Part shown: piece by piece, positions 7,335 through 17,285 of the stretch
Position numbering within the stretch: the stretch's first letter is position 1
How the letters are laid out: each line of letters begins with the position of its first letter
Origin: Candidatus Parvarchaeota archaeon
GTDB taxonomy: Archaea; Nanobdellota; Nanobdellia; JAAOXT01
DNA length: 64,000 nucleotides
Assembly (NCBI GenBank): GCA_017609605.1
Contig: JAFCDO010000004.1
Location: 14,184 to 78,183, forward strand
Reading direction: 5' to 3'
The notes under the pieces: model-generated
What the model was told of the DNA's origin: nothing
Database searches by the model: none
The model's input: only the letters and a program-made list of their open reading frames with translations
Translations under genes and position numbers: made by a program

Positions 7335-10206
7335 TTCCTACAACCACTTTTTTGTCTTTTATTTTAACTTCTTTAATCAGATAATCGTCGAGTTCTTTCT
7401 CATCGGTTAACTCGAAAGTTTTTGCGCCGACAACCCGAGTCATGTTTTCGAGCCAAGGACCTAAAAATTTTTTGAGCCGCTGGTCGCAAATCACAACACA
7501 ATCAATAACTTCCTCTCTTTTCAAACCTTTTTTCTTTCTTAGTTCTTGAACTCTTCTTTGAACTTCTCTGGCGTAACCTTCGCTGAGCAAAGAGTCATTC
7601 ATTTTAGGGTTGATGAAATGCTTGTCTCCAAACATTTTTTTCTTCGGACGCCCAACCAAAACTTTTTTGATGTTTGTCTGAGACTCCACTAACCCTCGCA
7701 GTTCGCCGAGGCTGTGAGGCGCCCACGCCTCCTTTAACGGCCAGCGCTGAGTCACCCCCAATTCCTCCCTGAGCGATAACAAATTTGTTATAACTTTTTT
7801 GGCAACAACCATTTTCGCTTCAAGTTTTGGGTTGATGAACAAGTTATCGGGTTTCGGGAGTTTTTCGTGGTGCACGCTCAACTCTTTGAGCCCGAACGAC
7901 TTGAAGGACTGGTAAGCTTGTTCTGTTATGAAAGGGCAGACTGGCGCCAATAAAGGTAAGAGTTTTTTGAAAACGTGAAGGAGCACTTCCAAAACGGTTC
8001 TTTTTCTCTTATCGTCGCCTAGAGACACGTCATCTCTCACGAATTTTATGTAAGACCTGCTCAAGTCCTCAAGAAAAAAGTTTTGTAAAAGCACGGGTAT
8101 TTCGTTTAAATCGTACTTATCGAGTTTTTCCAAGACTTGTTTGTTGACCGTGTTTATTCTTGAAAGTATCCATTTGTCAGCCACGCTTAATTCTTTTTGG
8201 TTCAGTTTTCCTTTCGGAGCACAGCCAGTGAACTCCACGTAACGGTTGACGTATTCCACTAAGTTCCAAAGAACGTTCAGGCTCCTGTACGTTTCTTTCA
8301 TCTTGGTTTCGTCGAACTTTATGTCAATTCCTGGAGAACTCCCGCCAAGCATGTACAACCTGAAAATGTCTGCCCCGTACTTTTGGAGGGTTTCCTTTAT
8401 TGGCAGGTAGTTTTGCTTGCGTTTGCTGAGAAAGTCTCCTTTCATGTCTGTCATAAATCCATGCAAATACACCGTGTCGTAAAGGTTTTTTCCAAAAGTT
8501 GCTAGGCTCATAGCCATTAATCCGTAGAACCAGCCTCTAAACTGGTCTTTAGATTCTGTTAAAAAGTCTATTTTTGAGAGCTCTTCTTCGAACAATTTTT
8601 TGTTTTTGAACGGGTAACCAAGTGATGCGAAAGGCGTGCAGGAAGAATCTATCCACACGTCAATGATGTCAGAATGCCTTTTGAAAGTTCCTCCGCAGGA
8701 ACACGGCCACTTGATTTTATCGACAACGTCTTTATGCAGGTCTTTCGGCTTTTTTCCTGATTTTTTTTGGAGTTCTTTCAAGCTTCCAATGAATTCTTTT
8801 TTTTCGCATTTATTGCAAATCCATAAGGGGAATGGTGTTCCCCAGAATCTTTGTCTGGTCACGCCCCAATCTTTTATGCATTGCAACCAGTTTTTGAAGG
8901 ATTTTGACCCGGCCCATTCTGGAATCCAGTTGACTTTTTTGTTGGCTTTGAGCATTTGGTTTTTGAACTTGGTTACTTTCAGGAACCATTGGTCTGTCAC
9001 CCTGAACAGCACGGGGGATTTGCATCTCTCGCAGTGAGGATAAGAGTGCTCTATTTGTGTTTGCAGGATGAGAACTCCCTTTTGTTCAAGCATTTCAACT
9101 ATTTTTTTGTCGTCAAATTTTGCTTTCATGCCCGCAAAAACGCCGGCTTCTTCAGTGAAAAAACCTGATTCGTTCACCGGGTTGAACGCTGGAATCCCAA
9201 GCTTAACCCCCATCTCGTGGTCTTCTGGGCCGCAGCCAGGCGCGCAATGAACCAGGCCGGTCCCCGCGCTCAAGTCAACGTACTTGTCTGATAGTATTAC
9301 TTTATGAATCCATTTTCCTTTGAATTCTTTTTGAGCAGGGATTTCTTTCAGGAAAGTGTGCTCGTAAGCCAAACTCTCCAAATCTTTTCCTTTAATTTTT
9401 TCGATTATTTTATAATTTTTTCCTACGAGTCCGAGGACTGCGTTAACCAGGCCCTGAGCGAGTATCCAGACTTCTTCGTCAACGCTTATTCGAACATAGT
9501 CCAATTCTGGGTTAACCATGACAGCCATGTTTGAAGGAAGGGTCCACGGAGTCGTGGTCCAAACGACAAGGTATTCGTTCTTTTCCTTTACTTTGAATTT
9601 TACGAAGACACTGTTTTCTTTAACGTCTTTGTGCACTACTTCGTAGTTTCCTGCCAAGGCCGTGCCGCAGCGAGGGCACCACGTGAGAACTTTGGTTCCT
9701 TCATAAAGTAAACCTTTATTGTAAGCTTTTTTCAGCGCCCACCACATGCTTTCCATAAAAGACGGGTTGATCGCCATGTATATATTGTCCCATTCAGCCC
9801 ATTCCCCGAGCCTGTAGAAAACGTCAGCCATTTCCGCAGACTCTTTTTTCACGAATTCTTTGCATTCTTTTATGAACTTGTCAGTTCCGAAAGCTTCTAT
9901 TTCTCCTTTGTTTCGAAGCCCGAGCTTCTTCTCCATGGTCACCTCGATTGGTAATCCGTGAGTGTCGAATCCTGGCTGGTCCCAAACGTTAAATCCTTGC
10001 ATTCTTTTCATCCTGCGGACAAAATCTTTAACGCAGCGGTTCCAGGCGGTGTGGGGTCCGGATTCGCCGGTTGTGTACGGCGGGCCGTCGTGAAGAACGA
10101 ATCTCTTGTTCTTAGAGTTTCTTTTCTTAAGCTTCTCGTAGACCTTATCATTTTTCCAAAATTTTATTACTTCGAGTTCTAACTCTGTTGGAACGTATTT
10201 ACTCAT
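7327..10206 (-). CDS. ileS: Isoleucyl-tRNA synthetase (archaeal/eukaryal type) with diverged class I signature motifs
   Basis: IleRS blocks present: WCPRCGTALA, TTPWTLPSN, GTGLVHCAPG, DWGVTRQRFWGTPFP. Start set at ATG 10206 (the ORF track starts at an upstream GTG). The HIGH position reads PHTAW and the KMSKS position reads FLSKR. Confidence 0.85.
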   Translation of the reverse strand: MSKYVPTELELEVIKFWKNDKVYEKLKKRNSKNKRFVLHDGPPYTTGESGPHTAWNRCVKDFVRRMKRMQGFNVWDQPGFDTHGLPIEVTMEKKLGLRNKGEIEAFGTDKFIKECKEFVKKESAEMADVFYRLGEWAEWDNIYMAINPSFMESMWWALKKAYNKGLLYEGTKVLTWCPRCGTALAGNYEVVHKDVKENSVFVKFKVKEKNEYLVVWTTTPWTLPSNMAVMVNPELDYVRISVDEEVWILAQGLVNAVLGLVGKNYKIIEKIKGKDLESLAYEHTFLKEIPAQKEFKGKWIHKVILSDKYVDLSAGTGLVHCAPGCGPEDHEMGVKLGIPAFNPVNESGFFTEEAGVFAGMKAKFDDKKIVEMLEQKGVLILQTQIEHSYPHCERCKSPVLFRVTDQWFLKVTKFKNQMLKANKKVNWIPEWAGSKSFKNWLQCIKDWGVTRQRFWGTPFPLWICNKCEKKEFIGSLKELQKKSGKKPKDLHKDVVDKIKWPCSCGGTFKRHSDIIDVWIDSSCTPFASLGYPFKNKKLFEEELSKIDFLTESKDQFRGWFYGLMAMSLATFGKNLYDTVYLHGFMTDMKGDFLSKRKQNYLPIKETLQKYGADIFRLYMLGGSSPGIDIKFDETKMKETYRSLNVLWNLVEYVNRYVEFTGCAPKGKLNQKELSVADKWILSRINTVNKQVLEKLDKYDLNEIPVLLQNFFLEDLSRSYIKFVRDDVSLGDDKRKRTVLEVLLHVFKKLLPLLAPVCPFITEQAYQSFKSFGLKELSVHHEKLPKPDNLFINPKLEAKMVVAKKVITNLLSLREELGVTQRWPLKEAWAPHSLGELRGLVESQTNIKKVLVGRPKKKMFGDKHFINPKMNDSLLSEGYAREVQRRVQELRKKKGLKREEVIDCVVICDQRLKKFLGPWLENMTRVVGAKTFELTDEKELDDYLIKEVKIKDKKVVVGIK

Positions 10207-10305
10207 GATGACTAACACCCAGAAACCAGTATTTAAAAACTTTAAGAAAATTATGCAGAGCTTTGCACAAGAGATTCTAAAAACGAGATAATTCTAATAT
10301 ATACG

Positions 10306-10315
10306 AAACTTATAA
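10306..10315 (+). promoter_or_regulatory. BRE/TATA-like element AAACTTATAA
   Basis: Begins 35 nt upstream of ATG 10341. The identical decamer sits at the identical spacing upstream of ATG 58936. Confidence 0.5.
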
Positions 10316-10340
10316 AAATTTTCAGCATTTATTCATTATA

Positions 10341-10646
10341 ATGGCAACAATACGTTATTTATTGGGTTGGCCTATTTCAGCTGAAAAAAGGTTAAAAATT
10401 AAAGAACTTATAAAAAAACACATTGATAATACACGTTACTTTACGGGTAACAAATGTTGTATTTCAGCTGTTGGGGAAGTAACTCCTGAAGGAATAGACG
10501 CTTTACTCATTGACATGAATGAACAAGAAGATTTGCCTAATTGGCATTTAGGAATTTCTTTACTCGAACCAGAGGAAGATTTCTTAAGTAAAGTTCCAAA
10601 ACCCCATCATGTAACACTGAGATATGAAACAGATACAAAAAGTTAG
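10341..10646 (+). CDS. Hypothetical protein (101 aa)
   Basis: ATG ORF with a correctly spaced TATA element. No recognisable domain. Confidence 0.45.
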   Translation: MATIRYLLGWPISAEKRLKIKELIKKHIDNTRYFTGNKCCISAVGEVTPEGIDALLIDMNEQEDLPNWHLGISLLEPEEDFLSKVPKPHHVTLRYETDTKS

Positions 10647-10693
10647 TTGAAATCAACTGCTATTAAATTGTATCTGAATGGATAAGCATCTTT

Positions 10694-13600
10694 CTAACTA
10701 ATGAATTCTGTTAGCCCTGTTTGCTTCTCTATTTCGTAACCAAAGTTTTGCTCAATCCTCTCGTTCAACAGTTCAAGAACTTGCTTTAAGTAATCGTTCA
10801 TGTGAAATTCTTTTCCAAGATTCATCGAGATATCAACGTATTTTTTAACGCTTCCCTCAGCTATCGTAAAAATTATTTTGCCACCGCACCTAGAGCACTT
10901 GCCTGACAGGGGCGGCCTGCGAAACTTTTCGTTGCAGCTAACGCACCTGACTTGCTGGGTTGAAAACTTTCTCAAATTACCTTTAATATCTCTTAAGAAG
11001 TGTCGCTCAATCACCAGCCTAGCAACGTCATCAGCGTCAACCGCGCTAATCTTCTCCGCCAAATCCATCTGCCCCTTGACCTTATCCAGCATCGTGGTCA
11101 ACGTTTTATAAGCTGAAACCGTTGCGCCCGCGCTCAACGAAGACGTGGGGTGAGTGAACCACAAGTTCTTGTATTGTTCAGGCTTCCCAAGTCTCGTCCC
11201 AACTTTGTCAATTTTCACGTCCCAAGGGTAAAGCATTTTTTCAGTTGCCTTATAAAATTCAAGCGGATACTTTTTCACGGTGTCCAACGCGTGCACCTCG
11301 CTGTCTATTTCTAACGGGTTTATCATCGTCGTCATCACTAGCGGGGCGTCCATGGTTCTTCCTCCCCTTCGATTTGGCAGGTATTGTCTGCTAAAGTTTA
11401 GGAGCGCGTCCATCAGCATTAAAACACAGTCCTCGTCTCCATCACAATTTCTTCTGGTGGCGGCGTGCATGTAAGGGTGAGCGTAAAAAGCCTGTGAATC
11501 ACTGAAACCAATTATTCTTCCAAGAGTGGCTGCGCTGGTGTGAGGGGCTAGCACGAGCACTAACTGGCCGAGAAGATCTTCTTCTTTTTTTATCCTGTAA
11601 ACAGGTTTAATCTTGTAAATTTTTTCGAGCTCCTCGTCAACAAAGTTGCAAATCTTAGTCAACTCTTCCGCAGCGTTCGATTCAGCGTGATTTTTGCATT
11701 TTGGCAGTATAACATCCTGAGGAAAGAGTTCGAGCAACTGGCCTTCATTATCCAAGAGTTTGCCGTCAACATCCTCAGTATACCCCAATTTTTTCAGGTC
11801 TTTAACGCTCGCCGATATCTCGTGAGGGTAAAAATGGGTTACCGGCAGTTCAATCATGTCAAACCTTGAAGTCCCATCTTTATTGACATAAGTCTTATTC
11901 TTCGCTCTCAATATTGATTTCGGCAGTATTTCAGAAATATGATACTTATTGCTCGTTCCTCGGGGTCCTTTAACGAGTTCAGGCATATCGCATTTCAACC
12001 TTTTCAAAACGTTTTCCGTGTAATCTTCAATTCTGATAGGTCTTTTATTGTAATTTAATGTTTCATTGTTGCAATGAATTTTTTCTTTGGTTAAAACCCC
12101 GCACCTCACGCAAGTTCTTTGGCGCTCGCAACCCCCCCCGCACTTTTCGCATAAAGAAGTAATGGTTTTGCTCCCGCAGTTATTGCATTTGTAAAACGGG
12201 AAGTCTGTCTCAATAAAACCTTCTTTTATCGCGGCGTTAAGGCTTCTCAGCCTCCCCCCTTGAACCCCTACGGGAAATAATCCGTGAGGCTTCCCTTTAA
12301 GGGTTCTAAGCTTCGCTTTTTCAGGTCTTCCCATTCGCGACCCAACATAAATACCCGCTTTATCCTTCAACGAGTGCTTACACAACTGGTTCACCGCATC
12401 CAAACAGTCTTTGCTGTTTTTGAGTATGTCAAGAATGTTTTCTTTTTCTAAACCCCCCAAGTTCAAAAGTATGGAACTCGCTTCAGTTCCTTGAATGATT
12501 ATTTGCTCGCCGATTAGTTGATGAGGCAGAAACAAGTTTTCAAGAATTTCTTTCACTTTCTCGTTGAACTCTCCTTTTATCAGTTCACTTGATTTTTGAG
12601 AGCTTCTCAACCAGGAATAAATCCTTTCTAGTTCGCGCAACGAAATATTATTCCAAAACAAGGTGAACTCTGGGTATAAAGCAATTCCTAGCCTCTCAGA
12701 AACAATCTTTGCTTGCATAAGGTTGGGTTTTTCTGTAAAAGGCTTGTCAACCCAACTCATCAATTCCTCTCTTGTTATGCCAAGCTTGTCAGCTAAGAAA
12801 ACGTCTTCTCCCATGTTCTTTTCCAACAATAAAGCCCACCACTCCCTAACAAACGGGGATGGGATTAGGGCTTGACCGTTTTCAGAGAACTCGCCGTGAC
12901 TTACAAGAATGTCGCCCAAAAACAGGATTTTCTTTATTTTTGACAGGACTTGGTTGGCTTGTTCAACGGTTTCCACATTAACGACTGACCCATTTTCTAA
13001 AAGAACGACAGGACCATTTATTGAATCGCAAGGAGTGAGAGCGGTAGCTTTTCCCGGCCGCTCAATTTTCAGCTGGGTTCCTATGGCCAAGAAGTCTCCA
13101 GTCACTTTCATCGTTGCTGGATGTATTGAACACGCTGCTAACCCGCTAAGCCTGCTTCTCCCATACCTTAACCTAAAACCTCCTCTTCTCATAGGATAAC
13201 CGACTATGGGTCTTCCAGCAACAGCGTCCTGAATGTATCTCGTGTTAGGAGCGACTCCTTTGTCTGATCCAGAACCTTTTTTGCTTCCAAGTATTTCTGA
13301 CTGAATCCTTAAGAACTCGTCAAGGAAAAGCCAGTTTTCCAAACCAAAATCTTTTCCCCATTCATGAATTTTTTTCACCACTTTCTTCGCTTTCTGAGCG
13401 ATTCCTTCCGCAATAACGAGGCACATGCCTCCTCTAATCATGTTCGTCTCAACCCTTGGCAAATCCTTGTCCTTGGATACTTCAAACTTGGTTGTCGGAT
13501 CACCAGTTATCTCGACTGGAAGATTCTTCAAAAGAAAAACTATTTCTTTTCTTGAAGGATGGTACTGCAGTCTTGAAACCCTATCATGATAATCGTTAAT

Positions 13601-14176
13601 CTCCGTAACGTATCGCTCAATTTCTTTCTCGCTCGGATCATATTCTGAAAAACCCATTTCTTTCCTGATGTAATCAGCGATGAGAACGCTGACCGCTTCT
13701 GCCGTTCCTCCAGAAGCGCGTATGGGCCCAGCGTAATACACTGCCACGTAGTCTTTGCCGTCCCTTCTCTTCTTTATTTTTGCTTCAACAAAGCCTTCCA
13801 GAGGTGCTGAAACTATTCCTAGCGTGATGTAAGCAAGAGCTATTCTAACTCCTGCTTCAAAAGCTTTCACGGGTTCATCAAATTTTAAGAATTTACTCGT
13901 CGCAACTTCTTTTCCAATGATTAAGGCGACCCTCCAGTCACTGAAACCAAATTCTTTCTCTAACTCAATTATTCTTTTTGGAATTCCTTTACCCACTATT
14001 TCAGGAATCACTGCTGAAACCAATCTGACAACCCTTTCAGCCATGTTTTTGGCCATTGGAATGTCAACGTTTGTTTCAGGGTCAAAACCTTTTTCTCTCG
14101 CTTTTGTCGCGACGCCGTAAAGTTTTTCAGTCTCTTCCTGAAGTCTTTTAAAATATTCTTCGATGTTCATCTGCAA
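10694..14176 (-). CDS. DNA polymerase D (PolD) large catalytic subunit DP2
   Basis: 1160 aa. Characteristic DP2 N-terminus (EEYFKRLQEE...KAREKGFDP) and Cys-cluster zinc modules (CNNCGSKT...CEKCGG; CVSCNEKF...CSRCGG). No intein. Confidence 0.95.
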   Translation of the reverse strand: MQMNIEEYFKRLQEETEKLYGVATKAREKGFDPETNVDIPMAKNMAERVVRLVSAVIPEIVGKGIPKRIIELEKEFGFSDWRVALIIGKEVATSKFLKFDEPVKAFEAGVRIALAYITLGIVSAPLEGFVEAKIKKRRDGKDYVAVYYAGPIRASGGTAEAVSVLIADYIRKEMGFSEYDPSEKEIERYVTEINDYHDRVSRLQYHPSRKEIVFLLKNLPVEITGDPTTKFEVSKDKDLPRVETNMIRGGMCLVIAEGIAQKAKKVVKKIHEWGKDFGLENWLFLDEFLRIQSEILGSKKGSGSDKGVAPNTRYIQDAVAGRPIVGYPMRRGGFRLRYGRSRLSGLAACSIHPATMKVTGDFLAIGTQLKIERPGKATALTPCDSINGPVVLLENGSVVNVETVEQANQVLSKIKKILFLGDILVSHGEFSENGQALIPSPFVREWWALLLEKNMGEDVFLADKLGITREELMSWVDKPFTEKPNLMQAKIVSERLGIALYPEFTLFWNNISLRELERIYSWLRSSQKSSELIKGEFNEKVKEILENLFLPHQLIGEQIIIQGTEASSILLNLGGLEKENILDILKNSKDCLDAVNQLCKHSLKDKAGIYVGSRMGRPEKAKLRTLKGKPHGLFPVGVQGGRLRSLNAAIKEGFIETDFPFYKCNNCGSKTITSLCEKCGGGCERQRTCVRCGVLTKEKIHCNNETLNYNKRPIRIEDYTENVLKRLKCDMPELVKGPRGTSNKYHISEILPKSILRAKNKTYVNKDGTSRFDMIELPVTHFYPHEISASVKDLKKLGYTEDVDGKLLDNEGQLLELFPQDVILPKCKNHAESNAAEELTKICNFVDEELEKIYKIKPVYRIKKEEDLLGQLVLVLAPHTSAATLGRIIGFSDSQAFYAHPYMHAATRRNCDGDEDCVLMLMDALLNFSRQYLPNRRGGRTMDAPLVMTTMINPLEIDSEVHALDTVKKYPLEFYKATEKMLYPWDVKIDKVGTRLGKPEQYKNLWFTHPTSSLSAGATVSAYKTLTTMLDKVKGQMDLAEKISAVDADDVARLVIERHFLRDIKGNLRKFSTQQVRCVSCNEKFRRPPLSGKCSRCGGKIIFTIAEGSVKKYVDISMNLGKEFHMNDYLKQVLELLNERIEQNFGYEIEKQTGLTEFIS

Positions 14177-15645
14177 AACTCCATCATCAGCATCTTATTG
14201 TTCTGCAAGTTTAATATCGGGACTTTACCCGGGTGAGGAGTTATCCCCAGTTTTTGCTGGAAAGACGTTTGTGCCTGCCAGCAGGAAGCGGACAACGCGA
14301 TAGTGCTGTTATAACGAGTTATGGCTGACACGTGCAAGTGGCCAGAAGCAAGCACGTCTGGAACAGTGCTCATCACGAGATGATCTTGTTCATACATGTC
14401 ACGACCAACCGCTCCATGAGGCGTTCCTAAATGCCGCTTTTTTAACAAAAATTTCAGCACTGCCTCAGGGTGCTCGTAACCCCTTTTTCTAAGACTATTA
14501 ACGTTGTCAAGGTACCACGTAAACGAGGTTCCATGATAAAGCAGCACGTCAAACCCGCAAAAATCGTTTTTAGCGTGGATGTTAACGCGACTCGGATTCG
14601 ATAACAGGGTCGCGTTTGGAAGCTCGTATAAATCCTTTGCAAAGCTTTTTCGCGGAAAAGGTTGCGGTTCTATCAATCTTGTCGCATCGTGATTGCCAGG
14701 AATCATTATTAAATTTATTTCTTCAGGAATCTGGGACAAATACTTGCCTACCTCTCGGTACTGCTGATAAACATCATTTATTAAAAGCTCTTTATCCTGC
14801 TCCGGATAAATTCCAACCCCCTCCACCAAGTCTCCGACCACGAATAAATATTTTATTTTTCTAGCAACATTCCTCTGGTTTTCAGGCCCCTCATCCCCTT
14901 TCAACCATTTCAGGAAATTTGAGAACTCCTTGCTCAAAAAATTGTTTGAGCCCACGTGAAGGTCCCCGATGAAAGCCGCGTAAACTTCTTCATCCGCGCG
15001 CTTGGCTTGCCTATCAGAAGGTATTTCAGGGAAAAAAACGTTATCCACGTACAAGTACCTGCCTTTTTTAGTTCCTTCAACCCCTATCACTTCATCATGG
15101 ATAATGCTCTCCGCTAAAGGATAAGCTAAGGACTTGGTCGTTATCATCCCCCTTATCTTACCTGTCGGGTCTTCAAATTCCAAAAAATAGTTTCCAGAAG
15201 ACACTTTCTTCACTTCAGAAACCATCACTATTGCCTGCACTTTATCACTACTTCTCTGAGAAGTTATCCTTGAAAGAGATAGGGGCATGGAAAGCGACGG
15301 CCTGTTTAAAAGAATTTTTTTAAGGGAATCATACCTGTTAAGATAATGTTTCACGAAATGCTTTAACTTGATTTCTCGATTACTCCACTTATAGCTTTTC
15401 AAAACGTTGACTCTTGAATGCAAATCCTCTCTAAAAGTTTTAGACTCTTTTGTTTTCAATATTTTGACTGGTTTTTGAAATTCCTTAAACTTCAGGTAAA
15501 CTTCCTCATTGATAACGAAAGGTTTGGGCTCCATTTTTTTGACAAAATCCAAGAAAGGGTTTATTTCATGCCCCATGTCCTCCAAGTTAAAGGAAGAGTC
15601 CAACAAAAACCCGCTATTATAGAACTCCTGGATGAGGGTTTTCAT
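14167..15645 (-). CDS. DNA polymerase D small subunit DP1 (Mre11-like phosphoesterase)
   Basis: 492 aa with calcineurin-like phosphoesterase motifs GDLHVGS, VVGDLVEGVG, PGNHD, GHLH. Overlaps both neighbouring genes, consistent with an operon. Confidence 0.9.
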   Translation of the reverse strand: MKTLIQEFYNSGFLLDSSFNLEDMGHEINPFLDFVKKMEPKPFVINEEVYLKFKEFQKPVKILKTKESKTFREDLHSRVNVLKSYKWSNREIKLKHFVKHYLNRYDSLKKILLNRPSLSMPLSLSRITSQRSSDKVQAIVMVSEVKKVSSGNYFLEFEDPTGKIRGMITTKSLAYPLAESIIHDEVIGVEGTKKGRYLYVDNVFFPEIPSDRQAKRADEEVYAAFIGDLHVGSNNFLSKEFSNFLKWLKGDEGPENQRNVARKIKYLFVVGDLVEGVGIYPEQDKELLINDVYQQYREVGKYLSQIPEEINLIMIPGNHDATRLIEPQPFPRKSFAKDLYELPNATLLSNPSRVNIHAKNDFCGFDVLLYHGTSFTWYLDNVNSLRKRGYEHPEAVLKFLLKKRHLGTPHGAVGRDMYEQDHLVMSTVPDVLASGHLHVSAITRYNSTIALSASCWQAQTSFQQKLGITPHPGKVPILNLQNNKMLMMEFCR

Positions 15646-17153
15646 AATTCCAGAACCTCTTTAAGAATGTTATTCACTTTCAACAAGGAATCTGAAGGGA
15701 TTGCCAGAGATATCTGCCTTGTCCTCCCCCCCCTACCCCTATACAGGATTTTCGTGTTTATTATCCCCATAAGATCTAATTCAGCTATAAGGTCTGACAC
15801 TCTTCGACTAGTCAAAGGTTTCAGCCCGACCTTGTTAGCTATCTGCCCGTACATATCGTAAATATTGCTTGATTCGACAGGGGACTCGACTTCTAAGAGT
15901 TTTATTATTGAAAAAAGGACTATTTGAGATTGTTTAGGCTGTTTTTCAATAAGTGTTGCCACATTATCTCTCTCAATCTTTTCCTGAGCCATGTCCACGT
16001 GAGCTTCTCTGACGGAGCTAGATCTCTCCCTTTCAGCTAACTCTGCCGAAACCCTAAGCAATTCCAGAGCTTTTCTCGCGTCACCGTTTTCTCTTGCAGC
16101 ATAAGCCGCGCATTTAGAGATAACAGGTTCTTTAACAACTCCATCAAAAAAAGATATGTTCGCCCTTTCAGTTAACAAGTCTTTTAACTGGTCAGCATTG
16201 TAAGGAGAGAAAACGAATTCTTCTTCGCCTAAAGAAGATTTGGTTCTCGGGTCAAGATATTGTATGAATGTTGTGTCATTAGAAATGCCGATAAAAGATA
16301 TTTCTGAATTCTGAAGTTTATCCGAATTAATTCTTGTCAAACTATACATCAACTCACTTTTTTTACCGTCCTTCTTAACAAGATTGTCTATTTCGTCAAG
16401 AACAAGTATCACTTTCCTTTTATTGGAATCAATGGATCTGCAAAAAATGTCGTAAACTTCTTGTGTTGGAAGCCCTGTTGCAGGAACTTTCTCCCCAAAA
16501 TTTCTTGCCAGCTCCGCGAACAACCTGTACTCAGTATCCGCGGACTTACCAATCTTACAATTAAGAAACACTATATCCATGGGAATATCGTTCTCTTCGG
16601 CCTTTTTCTTTAACTGCTCGCAAACAAATTTAACGCAAACAGTCTTCCCTGTTCCAGGCTTACCATACACCAATAAGTTGGAAGGTTTTCTTTGATCAAG
16701 GATTGGAGAAAGAACGCTGGCGAGTTGGAGAATCTCCTCATCCCTATGAACTATTTTTTCAGGAAAATATCTAAGGGTCAAGGCCTCACCATTTTTAAAC
16801 AAAGTCTTCTTATCCTTCACAATATTATCAAATATGTTGGAAGTCATATCCCCCGGGAGTTCCTCAACAGAATCAAGGGACTCCTCTGCGCTTTCATGCC
16901 CGCTCGCCTCTGAGGACACAATATCAAATATGTTTGTCCCTTCCACTAATTCTTTAGATAACTCTTTCTCAGTTTCTTCCTCTTTTTCAGAAACACTTTT
17001 CTTCCCGACCGCGTTCTCAGACAACTCTTTTTTAGATTCCTTAAAAGTCTTTATTGACTGAATCAATAGCGTTAAATCCTCTTCAGACAACCCGTCGAAC
17101 AATCTTTTAACTGTTTCATTCTTAATTAAATTGAAAGAAGACTGTTTAGACAT
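15642..17153 (-). CDS. cdc6: Orc1/Cdc6 replication initiator with a long acidic N-terminal extension
   Basis: Walker A GKPGTGKT, Walker B VLDEID, C-terminal winged helix. Start moved to ATG 17153 (MSKQSS); the track's GTG at 17180 lies inside an ORB repeat. Confidence 0.9.
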   Translation of the reverse strand: MSKQSSFNLIKNETVKRLFDGLSEEDLTLLIQSIKTFKESKKELSENAVGKKSVSEKEEETEKELSKELVEGTNIFDIVSSEASGHESAEESLDSVEELPGDMTSNIFDNIVKDKKTLFKNGEALTLRYFPEKIVHRDEEILQLASVLSPILDQRKPSNLLVYGKPGTGKTVCVKFVCEQLKKKAEENDIPMDIVFLNCKIGKSADTEYRLFAELARNFGEKVPATGLPTQEVYDIFCRSIDSNKRKVILVLDEIDNLVKKDGKKSELMYSLTRINSDKLQNSEISFIGISNDTTFIQYLDPRTKSSLGEEEFVFSPYNADQLKDLLTERANISFFDGVVKEPVISKCAAYAARENGDARKALELLRVSAELAERERSSSVREAHVDMAQEKIERDNVATLIEKQPKQSQIVLFSIIKLLEVESPVESSNIYDMYGQIANKVGLKPLTSRRVSDLIAELDLMGIINTKILYRGRGGRTRQISLAIPSDSLLKVNNILKEVLEL

Positions 17154-17172
17154 CTTACTTCCAAAGAAGCAA

Positions 17173-17285
17173 CACCCCACTTATATTTCTTATGGAAGTG
17201 AATTATATAGTACCTGAGTTCAAAAAGAATACCCCTGCGTTTCGGATGGAAACGCCACCTACACTCACCTAGATTTCTTATGGAG
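17173..17285 (-). repeat. Three ORB-like origin recognition boxes, left cluster (read on the minus strand)
   Basis: Reverse complements of 17173-17197, 17231-17251 and 17264-17285 read TTCCATAAGAAATATAAGTGGGGTG, TTCCATCCGAAACGCAGGGGT and CTCCATAAGAAATCTAGGTGAG. Confidence 0.7.

Noticed and set aside
10341-10646. 101-aa ORF as a 2H phosphoesterase (LigT-like) because of the HHVTL motif
   Set aside because: Only one H-x-T-x motif is present, at the extreme C-terminus. The protein is about half the family length. This is not enough support, so it stays hypothetical.
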